A stretch of DNA of 64,000 bases, taken from assembly GCA_963762125.1 (NCBI GenBank), contig CAVXJO010000012.1:26392-90391 (forward strand), read 5' to 3'. Origin of the DNA: an uncultured Thermoleophilia bacterium. GTDB taxonomy: Bacteria > Actinomycetota > Thermoleophilia > UBA2241. The translations under genes and the position numbers were made by a program. Below the pieces are notes generated by a model, which worked only from the letters and a program-made list of their open reading frames with translations, did no database searches and was not told the DNA's origin. Below are positions 37,627 through 47,500 of this stretch, one piece after another (position 1 is the stretch's first letter; every line of letters begins with the position of its first letter).

Positions 37627-38133
37627 ATGAAGCGTTCAGCAATCGTCATCGCCGCCACCGCCGCCGGTCTGGCCGCCGTGATCAGCTTCAAGCCGCACGG
37701 CGTCGCCGGCGGCGTCACCACGGCGGCGTCCACCGCCGCTCTCACCACCGGCAACGCCAACGTCTCCGGCGCCCAGACGGTCGTCGGCAGCGTGCAGCAG
37801 CTCAGCGGCGGCCTCGGCGACATCCAGGTCAAGGTCACCGCCGCGAACGGCAAGATCGTGAGCGTCGGCATGGCCCAGATGAATCTCCACGGGCCGCAGA
37901 GCCAGCAGATCTCGAACAACGTCATCCCGCAGCTGGAGCAGCAGGTCATGGCCTCCAACGGCGGCCCCATCCACGGCGTCTCCGGCGCCACGTACACGAG
38001 CCGTGCCTTCGGTTCATCCCTGCAGGCCGCGCTCAGCCAACTGAAGGGAGGGGCAAATGCGCAACTGGCAGCAGCAGGTAATGGGAACGGTGGTCTCGTT
38101 CAGTCTCCGGGAGGACAGGAGCACGACGACTGA
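37627..38133 (+). CDS. secreted FMN-binding domain protein (FMN_bind; predicted ApbE flavinylation target)
   Basis: Signal peptide MKRSAIVIAATAAGLAAVISF...; the domain ends with ...VSGATYTSRAFGSSLQAAL (Thr in the S/T-GAT flavinylation motif). A low-complexity C-terminal tail overlaps apbE by 77 nt. Confidence 0.75.
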   Translation: MKRSAIVIAATAAGLAAVISFKPHGVAGGVTTAASTAALTTGNANVSGAQTVVGSVQQLSGGLGDIQVKVTAANGKIVSVGMAQMNLHGPQSQQISNNVIPQLEQQVMASNGGPIHGVSGATYTSRAFGSSLQAALSQLKGGANAQLAAAGNGNGGLVQSPGGQEHDD

Positions 38134-38866
38134 GCGCGGCGAGGTGCAAGCCCAGCGCGAGCTCATCGCTGAAGGAGTGGAGCGCGCCCGGGCCAAGCTG
38201 CAGTGGGTCGACGACGTGTTCAGCACCTGGAAGCCAGGGAGCCCGGTAAGCCGGCTGCGCCGGGGTGAGATCCGGCTCGAGGACACGCCGCCCGAAGTCG
38301 CCGAGGTGCTGGAGCTCTGCCGCCGCGTGCGGGTCGCGTCGGACGGCTGGTTCGACCCGTGGGCGATGCCGGGCGGCGTCGACCCGACGGGGCTCGTCAA
38401 GGGCTGGGCGGTCGAGCGCGCCCTCGACGAACTGAAGACGGCCGGGGCGCCGGCGGCGATGATCAACGCCGGAGGCGACATCGCCGCGTTCGGACAGCCT
38501 GCCCCCGGCCAGCCCTGGCGCATCGCGATCGAGAATCCGCTCTCGATGCAGCGGATCCTCCTCACGGCCGATCTGGCCGCAGCGGGCGCCGTGGCCACCT
38601 CCGGCTCGTACCAGCGCGGCGCGCATCTGGTCGATCCGCGCAGCGGCGGCCCCACGACTGCGCTTCTCTCGGCCACGGTGATCGGGCACGACCTGGCGTT
38701 CGCCGACGCGCTCGCGACCGCCCTGTACGCGTCCGGCGGCGACCTGCTCGAGCGCCTGTCGCTGATCACCGGCTACCACGGGTTCATCGTGGACGGCCGC
38801 GGCGACATCCACGCCTCGCGGGGCTTTCCCATCGTGCTCCGCGGCGTGGAGGCGGTGCCGGCCTGA
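38057..38866 (+). CDS. apbE: FAD:protein FMN transferase ApbE
   Basis: AGGGAGGGG RBS; VMGTVVSFSL...DPTGLVKGWAVERALDEL...SGSYQRGAHLVDPRSGGP are ApbE family hallmarks. Confidence 0.8.
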   Translation: MRNWQQQVMGTVVSFSLREDRSTTTERGEVQAQRELIAEGVERARAKLQWVDDVFSTWKPGSPVSRLRRGEIRLEDTPPEVAEVLELCRRVRVASDGWFDPWAMPGGVDPTGLVKGWAVERALDELKTAGAPAAMINAGGDIAAFGQPAPGQPWRIAIENPLSMQRILLTADLAAAGAVATSGSYQRGAHLVDPRSGGPTTALLSATVIGHDLAFADALATALYASGGDLLERLSLITGYHGFIVDGRGDIHASRGFPIVLRGVEAVPA

Positions 38867-39051
38867 GGCCCCCGGGGGCAGCAGACGCACCGCGGCACAA
38901 GGCCGGCCGGACTCCGCCAAGGGAGTGCGGCCGGCCGTCCATCGTCGTTGGGGGGAGCCGGCGTCTCGGCTGCCGCGGCGACCGGCAGCTGCCGCGGCGC
39001 CGGTGCCGGACCAGCAGCCGTGACCGGCGGCGGCCCGCCGCCCGCCGCGGT

Positions 39052-40035
39052 TCAGGTCGCCGGCAAGGTGAGCGTCACGCGGGTGCCGGCGCCGACCTCG
39101 CTCGCCACCGTCAGGTCGCCGCCCATCCCGCGCAGCGCCCAGTGCGCGATGGCGAGCCCGAGTCCCGAACCCCCTCGTGCGCGCGAGCGTGCCTCGTCGC
39201 CGCGGTAGAAACGGTCGAACACGTGCTCGAGCACCTCGGGCGGCATGCCCTCACCGTGGTCCGTCACCACCACCTGTGAGCCGGCAACGACGCGCAGTAC
39301 CGCGATCTCCACGGTCGCTCCTGCCGGAGAGTGCTCCACCGCGTTGCGCAGCACGTTGCGCAGGGCGCGGCGCACGTGGCCCTCGTCGCCGACGGCGGGC
39401 GCCACGCCGGCGGCCTCGGCCCGGAGCGTCACGCCGGTGGTCGCGGCCAGCGCGCCCAGCTCGTCCGCGGTCTGGCGCGCCAGCGCGACCAGGTCGATCG
39501 GCTCACGTGCCAGGGGCTCCTGATGGGCGTCGATCCGGGAGAGCGTCAGCAGGTCCTCGACCATCCCCGACATCCTGTCGACCTCCTCGAGCCCGCTCGC
39601 CAGCACCGGCCGGGTCGCCGCGTCGAGGTCCGCCCCCCGGAGCGCCACCTCGAACTCGGCCTTCATGATCGCCAGCGGCGTGCGCAGGTCGTGCGAGGCG
39701 TCGGCCACGAAGCGCTTCTGCGCCGCCACACTCTCCCGGATGGGGCTCAGCGTCCGGCGCGCGTACAGCAGACCCCCGGCCCCCACCACGACCACGATGA
39801 CCGCATCCACCACGACCAGCTGCCAGCGCAGCGACCCCAGCGAGCGGGAGACGAACGCCTGCTCCGATTCCGTGTCCCGGTAGGCGCCGGACGCCGCCGT
39901 CCGGATGTCGGCGCGCACGGTGAGGTACATGAAGACGCTCGAGACGACGACCAGTACGACGACCAGCGCCGCGAACAGCAGCGCGAGCCGGCGACGGGCG
40001 CGTACGAAGACGTCCGGGCGTCCGGGCTCAGTCAC
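39052..40035 (-). CDS. sensor histidine kinase (OmpR-partner type)
   Basis: FVADASHDLRTPLAIMKAEFEV (H-box); HATPase motifs at the C-terminus. The probable GTG start at 40035 overlaps the response-regulator stop. Confidence 0.85.
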   Translation of the reverse strand: MTEPGRPDVFVRARRRLALLFAALVVVLVVVSSVFMYLTVRADIRTAASGAYRDTESEQAFVSRSLGSLRWQLVVVDAVIVVVVGAGGLLYARRTLSPIRESVAAQKRFVADASHDLRTPLAIMKAEFEVALRGADLDAATRPVLASGLEEVDRMSGMVEDLLTLSRIDAHQEPLAREPIDLVALARQTADELGALAATTGVTLRAEAAGVAPAVGDEGHVRRALRNVLRNAVEHSPAGATVEIAVLRVVAGSQVVVTDHGEGMPPEVLEHVFDRFYRGDEARSRARGGSGLGLAIAHWALRGMGGDLTVASEVGAGTRVTLTLPAT

Positions 40036-40810
40036 GCGGCCGGCCCGTGTCGCCCTCGCCGTCCGCTTGTCCGCCGTCCGTCTCGTCGGCACGCAGCACG
40101 TACCCGACTCCGCGCACGGTCTCGAGCCGCACGCCGCCGCCCGGCCGGTCGAGCTTGCGCCGCAGCCGGCCGGCGTAGACGTCGACGATGTTGGAGAAGG
40201 AATCGAACTCGTCGTCCCAGGCGTGATCGAGGATCCAGTCGCGGCTCAGGACCTCGCCCGGGTGCAACAGGAAGAGGCGCAGCAGGCTGAACTCCTTCGG
40301 GCTCAGAACGAGCGGCTCGCCACCGTACCTGGCCACCCGCGCCGCGGGGTCCAGGGTGAGCGTGCCCATCGTCAGGACCGGCGGCAGCGCCCGGCGCGGC
40401 CGGCGCAGCAGCGTGCGGATGCGCGCCAGCAGTTCCTCGAAGGCGAACGGCTTCACCAGGTAGTCGTCGGCGCCGGCGTCGAGGCCGGTCACCTTGTCGG
40501 CCGTCGCGTCCCGCGCCGTCAGCATCAGCACCGGCAGGGTCAGACCCTGCTGGCGCAGCTCCTTGCAGAGCGTGAACCCGTCGACCACGGGCAGCATCAC
40601 GTCGAGGATCACGAGGTCGTAGGGCAGCTGCCCGGCGGAGCCTCCGGAGTCGGGGGCGCCGCGCCGGGCCGCGAAGCGGCGGCGCGCGGCGCCCCCGTCG
40701 TAGAGCACGTCCACGGCGTAGCCCTCGGCCTCAAGCCCCGTCTTGAGGGCCTGGGCCAGCTTCTCGGCATCTTCCACGACCAGGATCCGCACGCGACCCA
40801 GCCTCCACAC
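40028..40810 (-). CDS. OmpR-family response regulator
   Basis: VRILVVEDAEKLAQALKTGLEAEGYAVDV...LPYDLVILDVMLP, plus a winged-helix C-terminus (LSPKEFSLLRLFLLHPGEVLSRDWILDHAW). Confidence 0.9.
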   Translation of the reverse strand: MWRLGRVRILVVEDAEKLAQALKTGLEAEGYAVDVLYDGGAARRRFAARRGAPDSGGSAGQLPYDLVILDVMLPVVDGFTLCKELRQQGLTLPVLMLTARDATADKVTGLDAGADDYLVKPFAFEELLARIRTLLRRPRRALPPVLTMGTLTLDPAARVARYGGEPLVLSPKEFSLLRLFLLHPGEVLSRDWILDHAWDDEFDSFSNIVDVYAGRLRRKLDRPGGGVRLETVRGVGYVLRADETDGGQADGEGDTGRPRD

Positions 40811-40994
40811 TCGGCGTGACGTTCTCTACAGCCTTCCCCGCCGCCGCCCTGCGGTCAAGCGCGCCGTAGACTCCACGGCGAGCTGCCGGTCCCGACGGTC
40901 GCATATGATGTGAGGTGGTCCGCAGCGCAGCCCCGAAGGAGTCCGCACGTCCCGTCCGACCCGCAAGGTCCAGCGCGCCCAGAACATCAGCCGC

Positions 40995-41510
40995 ATGTGC
41001 CTGGTCTGCGGTCGCGACAATCCCTTCGGCCTCCACGCGCGCTACTACGAGCTGGCGCCGGACGAGCCCGCGGCCGCCGGCGCCGACCCCAGACTCGCGT
41101 CTCTCAAGTCCGGCGCCGAACTCCTCGGCATCTTCACTCCGCGCGAGGAGCACCAGAGCTACCCGGGACGGCTGCACGGCGGCGTGAGTTCGGCCATCCT
41201 CGACGAGACGATCGGGCGCGCCATCCTCCTCGATCAGCCCGACACCTGGGGCGTCACCGTCGAGTTCAGCGTGCGCTTTCGCCGTCCGCTGCCCCTGGGC
41301 GAGGAGATCCGCTGCGTCGCGCGCATCACCCGCGACACGAGCCGGCTCTTCGAGGGCTCGGGAGAGATCGTCCTCGCCGACGGCTCCGTGGCCGCCGAGG
41401 CGCAGGGCAAGTACCTCAAGCAGACGCTGCCCGACATCACCGACGGCGACTTCGCCGAGCGCGAGTGGTTCGCCGACCAACGCGAGCGGCCCGAGGACGT
41501 CGAGCTCTAG
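40995..41510 (+). CDS. hotdog-fold thioesterase-superfamily protein (PaaI/YiiD-like) with an N-terminal CxxC
   Basis: MCLVCGRDNPFGLHARYYE...GRLHGGVSSAILDETIGRAI. Confidence 0.7.
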   Translation: MCLVCGRDNPFGLHARYYELAPDEPAAAGADPRLASLKSGAELLGIFTPREEHQSYPGRLHGGVSSAILDETIGRAILLDQPDTWGVTVEFSVRFRRPLPLGEEIRCVARITRDTSRLFEGSGEIVLADGSVAAEAQGKYLKQTLPDITDGDFAEREWFADQRERPEDVEL

Positions 41511-41582
41511 GGAGCGTCGCATGCGCGACGCTCCCCGAAACGGCCGAGGGCGGGCCGTCCTCCAGGACGGCCCGCCCTCGGC
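41511..41582. terminator. tandem GC-rich perfect palindromic hairpins between convergent genes (bidirectional terminator candidate)
   Basis: ggagcgtcgcatgcgcgacgctcc is a 24-nt perfect palindrome. gccgagggcgggccgtcc-tcc-aggacggcccgccctcggc is a 19-bp perfect stem. Confidence 0.5.
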
Positions 41583-41618
41583 GCTTTCACCCTCCGGCCT
41601 GCGCGGCCGGAAGAAGCT

Positions 41619-42383
41619 TCACTTCACCTTGAACGTCATCGCCCTCGACTTGGAGGCCTTGGACGTCGCGGTCTTCGCGATGGACGCGGTCATGCGGTAG
41701 GTGCCTTTCTTGCCGGGCTTGTACTTCCAGGCGTAGGCCCCGGTGGCCTTCCCGGTGACGCGGGCCGTCTTGACCTTGACCCACTTCGCGCCCTTCTTGC
41801 GGTCGACCCTGACGGTGACCTTCTTGCCTGCCACCGTGGTCGCAGGCGTAGCTACACCCGAGGCCTTGACGGTCTTACGAAGCCTGATCGTCTTCGGCGT
41901 CACCTTCAGCGTGACCTTCGTAGCGATGACAGTCGCCGTCGCTGTCGGCGTCGGGGTCGGCGTCGCGGTCGCGCTCGGGGTCGGAGTCGGCGACGCATAG
42001 CCGTGGCAGCCATTCGTCGTCCCGCAGCCCGCGGTCCCGTGCAGAGTCTGGGCGGCGATGATGGTGGCCGTGGCACCGTGGCAACTCACGCACGCGCTCG
42101 GCAGGGGCGGGGTCGCCGTGCTGAGCGTGTGGCACGTACCGCAGGCCTGAGCTTTGTGGGTTGTCTTGTTGTGGAAGGCGTCATTGAACGAGTAGCTGTG
42201 GCAACTGCTGCACGGCCCAACCCCGTTCACGGCGGTGTCGAACGTGGGCAGCGCCTGGGCGTTCTGGGCGCCGATCGATGCGCTCACGGCGATGACCGCC
42301 AGCATGATCAGCAGAGCGGTAGTGGCCATCAGGATGGGAGTGGAGACTCCCCGCCTGCCGGCGTGTGCACGCACGATCCCCAT
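41619..42383 (-). CDS. secreted small multiheme c-type cytochrome (3 CxxCH plus 1 variant) with a Thr/Pro linker and a Lys-rich C-terminal beta-rich domain
   Basis: AAGGAG RBS; signal peptide MGIVRAHAGRRGVSTPILMATTALLIMLAVIAV; heme motifs CSSCH, CGTCH, CVSCH and CGTTNGCH; linker PTPTPSATATPTPTPTATAT; then a KVTLKVTPK...TFKVK tail. Confidence 0.7.
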   Translation of the reverse strand: MGIVRAHAGRRGVSTPILMATTALLIMLAVIAVSASIGAQNAQALPTFDTAVNGVGPCSSCHSYSFNDAFHNKTTHKAQACGTCHTLSTATPPLPSACVSCHGATATIIAAQTLHGTAGCGTTNGCHGYASPTPTPSATATPTPTPTATATVIATKVTLKVTPKTIRLRKTVKASGVATPATTVAGKKVTVRVDRKKGAKWVKVKTARVTGKATGAYAWKYKPGKKGTYRMTASIAKTATSKASKSRAMTFKVK

Positions 42384-42537
42384 GTAGCTCCTTTGGTTGT
42401 GTCTCATGTCACAAGCGTCTTCGGGTGACACTTTACCGGGTATTGAGCGTCTCCGCCACCGAAACTCCCTGGTCGTGCACGAGCGTGCGCGACGGGGTAA
42501 AGTGTCCGCGCGCGACCGTCTCGAGAAGGAGCAGCCC

Positions 42538-42984
42538 GTGCCCGTCGCAGACCGCCCCCGCCCCCCCGTCACCGCCTGGGTCCTGCTCGTCCTTCTGCTG
42601 ATCCAGGGCTTGGGTGGACTCGCCGGCGGGCTCTCGCTCACCATCGCACCCGACGGATCGATCCTGCAGATGTCGACGTCTCTGCTCGACGGCTCGCCCT
42701 TCCCTGACTTCCTCGTCCCGGGCCTCATCCTCATGCTCGTGCTTGGGGTGCTGCCGCTGGTCGCGGCCGTCGGCCTGTGGCTGCGCCGCAACTGGGCCTG
42801 GTACGCGGCGTTCGTCGTCGGCTGTGGCCTCATGATCTGGATCCTCGTGGAGATCGTCATCATCCCCTACAACTGGCTGCAGCCCCTCTTCGGCGGCGTC
42901 GGATTGCTGATCTTCGTCGTCTCACTGCTCAAGCCGGTGCGCCGCTTCTACGGTGTCAGCCTGCCGGGAGATGCCGGCGCCTGA
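42538..42984 (+). CDS. 4-TM membrane protein of unknown function
   Basis: AAGGAG RBS plus GTG; WVLLVLLLIQGLGGLAGGLSL...LILMLVLGVLPLVAAVGLWL...IWILVEIVIIPY... Confidence 0.55.
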   Translation: MPVADRPRPPVTAWVLLVLLLIQGLGGLAGGLSLTIAPDGSILQMSTSLLDGSPFPDFLVPGLILMLVLGVLPLVAAVGLWLRRNWAWYAAFVVGCGLMIWILVEIVIIPYNWLQPLFGGVGLLIFVVSLLKPVRRFYGVSLPGDAGA

Positions 42985-43060
42985 TCTCGATGTGCCGGCG
43001 GCGCCCGGCATCGTCAGCGCCGACAACACAGGTCCCTGCAGACCGGCGGCGAACATGCCG

Positions 43061-43582
43061 ATGCACACCGGGCAGAAGAGGCCAGCGGGAGCTTCCGTGC
43101 GCAGAGAGAGCACCAGACAGCGAGTGTTCCTTACCTTCGCCGCGGGCGACCTTGCGTGCGCGCGGCCAGAGACTGCGCGCCTCCTGGCCGGCGGAGGGAT
43201 CTGCCTCGATCAAGCACTGACCGGCGAGCCCTTCGCGAGCGAACGCGGCGCCATCATCCGCGCCAGCCTGCTGACGCGTCTGCGCCACTGCACCAGCGCC
43301 CTCTGCCTGTACGGGGCGCGCACGGCCGACGATGACTGGGTGCGCTGGGCGCTGGAGACCGCGGCCGAGCTCAGGCTCCCCCTGCTCGGCGCCGCCCTGC
43401 CCGGCCAGAAGTCGAAGGACGCGGAGCGCTACCTGACGCGGCTCGGCGCCGAACTGATCCCGCTGAATCGCGATGCGATCGTCACGCGCACGCGAGCGTT
43501 CTCCACTCGCCGCATCGCACCGGCGATCGACGCGGCGTCCATCGCCGAGACGCTGCATCTCATGCGCCACCAGGTGCGCTAG
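43061..43582 (+). CDS. small cytoplasmic protein with a TIR-like (DUF1863-like) pattern; the assignment is tentative
   Basis: RVFLTFAAGDLACARPETARLLAGGGICLDQALTGEPFASERGAIIRASLLTRLRHCTSALCLYGARTADDDWVRWALETAAELRLPLL follows the TIR βA-αA-βB...S-x-W-x-x-E layout. Confidence 0.4.
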   Translation: MHTGQKRPAGASVRRESTRQRVFLTFAAGDLACARPETARLLAGGGICLDQALTGEPFASERGAIIRASLLTRLRHCTSALCLYGARTADDDWVRWALETAAELRLPLLGAALPGQKSKDAERYLTRLGAELIPLNRDAIVTRTRAFSTRRIAPAIDAASIAETLHLMRHQVR

Positions 43583-43614
43583 CCGCGCGGCGGTTTCCCG
43601 CGGCCACGGCCGCG

Positions 43615-44517
43615 CTACGTCCCCGCGAGAACGACCAGATCCCGGCCACGCGCCTTCGCTTCGTACAGCGCATCGTCGGCGCGTGCGATGAGCGCGTCCA
43701 TGGACCCTCCGGCGTACACGGCCCCGCCCAGGCTCACCGTGACGGCGAGATCGCGTTCAGACGCCGTGAACGGCGCTTCGGAGGCGGCACGGCGAAGGCG
43801 TTCGAGAAGTTCGCTGAACTCGGCCGATGAGACTCCCGGCACGACGACGAGAAACTCCTCGCCGCCGAAGCGCCCGACGCTGTCGCAGGGCCGCAGCGTG
43901 GACTCCATCCTGCGCGCCAGCTCACACAGCACGTCGTCGCCGGCAGCGTGCCCGAACTCGTCGTTCACCAGCTTGAAGTGGTCGATGTCGAGCATGCCGA
44001 CGGCCAGCCGCGTGCCTTCGCGCGCGGAGCGCTGGAGTTCCTCGTCGAGAGCCTCCACGATGGCGCGACGGTTGGGCAGGCCCGTCAGGGGATCGGTATG
44101 CGCCTGCACCTCCAACCTCGTCTGCGTCTCGATCAGCTCCTCATTCAGCTCGACCAGCCGGCGACCCACCCCGATCCTCGCGCGCAGTTCGGCGGGGTCG
44201 TAGGGCTTGCCGACGTAGTCATCCGCGCCCGCTTCGAAGCCGGTCATCATGTGATCCTTCTCCCCGAGAGCGGTGAGGAGGATCACGTAGGGGGGCTGGC
44301 GCGTGTCGAGGGCCCGGACGCGGCGGCACACATCGATCCCGTCCATCTCCGGCATCATCCAGTCGAGGATGGCGATCCTGGGGGCGTCGTCTGCCTGCAG
44401 CACCCGCCAGGCGTCGGCGCCGTTGGTCGTCACCGCGACATCGTAGCCCCACTTCTCGAGCACCTTCTTGAGGAGCACGCGAGAGGTGATGTCGTCCTCT
44501 GCGATCAGCACCCTCAT
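43615..44517 (-). CDS. response regulator with a GGDEF output domain (PleD-like REC-GGDEF)
   Basis: [27 protein letters not shown]...[11 protein letters not shown] (REC domain), then LTGLPNRRA...[13 protein letters not shown] (GGEEF active site). Confidence 0.9.
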   Translation of the reverse strand: MRVLIAEDDITSRVLLKKVLEKWGYDVAVTTNGADAWRVLQADDAPRIAILDWMMPEMDGIDVCRRVRALDTRQPPYVILLTALGEKDHMMTGFEAGADDYVGKPYDPAELRARIGVGRRLVELNEELIETQTRLEVQAHTDPLTGLPNRRAIVEALDEELQRSAREGTRLAVGMLDIDHFKLVNDEFGHAAGDDVLCELARRMESTLRPCDSVGRFGGEEFLVVVPGVSSAEFSELLERLRRAASEAPFTASERDLAVTVSLGGAVYAGGSMDALIARADDALYEAKARGRDLVVLAGT

Positions 44518-47500
44518 GACCGCCCTACTTTCCGTGAGAGGTCTTCCCGCAACCGTTCGAGTTCGCCCTCGAGACGGGCGGCGAGCCCGCGGCAGGCGTC
44601 CATGTCCCCCGCGGAGGCGGCGCGTTCGACGTCGTGAGCGGCTGCGCACACGGCTTCGGCCCCGATGCTCGCCGACGCGCCTTTGATCGTGTGCGCCTGA
44701 CGGCGGGCGGCTTCCGCATCACCGCCGGCCAGGTCCTCCTTCAGCAGGTCGACCTGACGCGGCACGTCCACGAGGTACTCGGCGAGGATCTCACTGACGG
44801 CCTCGCGGTCGCCGTCCAGCAGGACGAGGAGAACGTCCGGGTCGAACACGACCGACCAGGGAGCAGCGGCCTCGTGCCTGATGACCTGCGCCTCACCGAC
44901 ACTGGCTTCATCGGGCGGACCCTCTTCGCGCCGCATCCAGAGGGCGATCACGGCGGCGAGCTTGTCCGGCTGGATCGGCTTCGACAGGTAGTCGTTCATG
45001 CCGGCCGCCAGACAGGCGGCGCGGTCGTCGGCCATGGCGTGCGCGGTCAGGGCGACGATGGGCACCTCATGATCGAGGATCGGTGACGCCGCGTCGCGGA
45101 TCCGCCGGGTCGCGGTGACGCCATCCATGAGCGGCATCTGCACGTCCATGAGGACGAGATCGAAGCGTCGTCGCGACAGCGCCTCCACGGCCGCCAGCCC
45201 ATCGTCCACCGCCTCAGCTGTGTATCCCATTCGCTCGAGAGTCTTCAGCGCCACCTTGCGGTTGATGGCATTGTCCTCGGCCAGCAGGATGTGCGCCTTG
45301 CGCTTCTCTCTCCGCCAGGCTGTGGCGCGTGACGATGCGCCGGACCCCGGCCTCGGCCGAGTCTCCGCGGTGCATGACGACCATGAGACAGTCGAAGAGC
45401 TGAGACTGCTTCACCGGCTTCGTGAGGTAGGCAGCGAAGCCAAGGCCCTCAAGACGGCCGGCGTCGCCGCGGGCCCCCATGGAGGTCATCATGATGAGAT
45501 GCACGCCGGCAATGGCGGGGTCGGCCTTGATCAGGCGCCCGAGCTCCTCGCCGTTCATCTCCGGCATCATCATGTCCAGGATGGCGACGTCGTAGGGCTC
45601 CCCCAGGACGACAGCCGCGCGCAGCTTCTCCAGCGCCGCCGCCCCACTGCTCACCTCACGATGCTCGCACTCCCACGACTCGAGCATGCCGGAGACCACT
45701 TTGCGGTTGGTCTCGTTGTCGTCGACGGCGAGCACTCGAGCTCCGACCGTGCGTCCGGCGTCCATGTCGTCCAGTGCCATGACCAAGCCCGGGCCCTGGC
45801 GCGAGAACGCCGCGGTGAACCAGAAGGTCGAGCCGGAGCCCGGTTCGCTCTCCACGCCGATCTCGCCGCCCATCAACACCGCGAGGCGCTTCGAGATCGT
45901 CAGCCCAAGGCCCGTGCCGCCGAAACGGCGCGTCGTCGAGGCATCGGCCTGGGCGAACGCCTCAAAGAGGCCATCCGCCTTCGCGGGGCTGATGCCGATC
46001 CCCGTGTCCGCCACCGCGAAGCGGAGCGTCGCGCCGTCACCGGTCTCCTCGACCAGACTCACGGTCACGGCGATCTCGCCGTGATCCGTGAACTTCACCG
46101 CGTTCCCGAGAAGGTTCGTGAGCACCTGGCGCAGCCGCCCCGGGTCCCCGCGAAGCGCAGAAGGCACGTCCGCCTGCACCAGCGCGGCGAGCTCGAGGCC
46201 CTTTGCCTGCGCCTGCAGAGCCGGGAGGTCGCAGGTGTCCTCGACGGTGGTGCGCAGGTCGAAGTCCAGCACCTCCATCTCGAGCTTGCCGGCCTCGATC
46301 TTCGAGAAGTCGAGGATGTCGTTGATGATCGTGAGCAGCGCGTCGGCGCTGTTGCGCACCGTCTGCGCGTAGTCGCGCTGCTCAGCGTCGAGGTCGGTGT
46401 CCATCAGCAGCGCCGTCATCCCGATCACGCCGTTCATCGGCGTGCGGATCTCGTGGCTCATGTTGGCGAGGAACTCGCTCTTCGCGGCGTTGGCCGACTC
46501 GGCTTCAACGGCGAGCTGGTTGGCCCGCGTCATGGCGGTCTGGAGGTCGCGGTTGGCGGCGTCGGTCTGCTCCTTCGCCCTCTGCAGAGCGTCCTCAGCT
46601 GCGCGCCTTTCGCTGATGTCCCGGCAGAACGAGACGTCGAAGGCCTCACCGTCGAACTCGAGGTACATGGCCGTGACCTCCACCGGGACGATGCTGCCGT
46701 CCCGGTGCAGGTGCCGCGACTCAAAGGTCAGAGAGCCCGCATCTCGCAACTCGGCGATGTGCTCCGGCCAGTGCTCCAGGGGAACATGCGCGTCGATGTC
46801 GTGGATCGTGAGCGCGTTGAACTCTTCCGCCGAGTAGCCGAGCGACTCGAGCGCAGTGCGGTTGCCGTGGAGAAGGGAGCCGTGTGCGTCCATCCAGAAC
46901 ACGATGTCGGCGGCGTGCTCCACGACGAAGGTCGCGAAGCGCAGGTCTTCCTCAGCCCTGCGGCGTTCGCTGATGTCCCAGGTGACACCGCTGAGTGAGA
47001 CCGGCACGCCCGCCTCGTCGCGGCGCACCTGGGCCCGCGCCGCCACGTAGGCGACGGAGCCGTCGTCACGGATGACGCGGAACTCCGCCTCGCGGGACGC
47101 ACCAGTCTCGCGCGCCTGTGTGGCCGCGGCTTCGACCGACGCCACGTCATCGGGATGGATGCCCGCCTTGAACACTGACCACGGCGCAGAGTGTGCGTCG
47201 CCCGGCAGGCCGTACAGCGCCGCGACCGTCTCGTCCCACTCGATCACATCCGACCCGGTCTCCCACTCCCAGACGCCGACCTGCGCCGCGCGCAGCACCA
47301 AGTCGAGCCGCTCACGACTCTCACGCAGCGCCTCCTCGGCGGCCCGCCGCTCAGTGACGTCGCGAAAGGAGATGATCGCCCCGGTGACGAGCGCCGTCCT
47401 TCACGAGCGGCCGGGCGATGTACTCGACGGGGAAGCAGGTGCCGTCCTTGCGCCAGAGGACCTCGCCATCCACGCGGCACTCCAGACCGTCAACGTAGGC

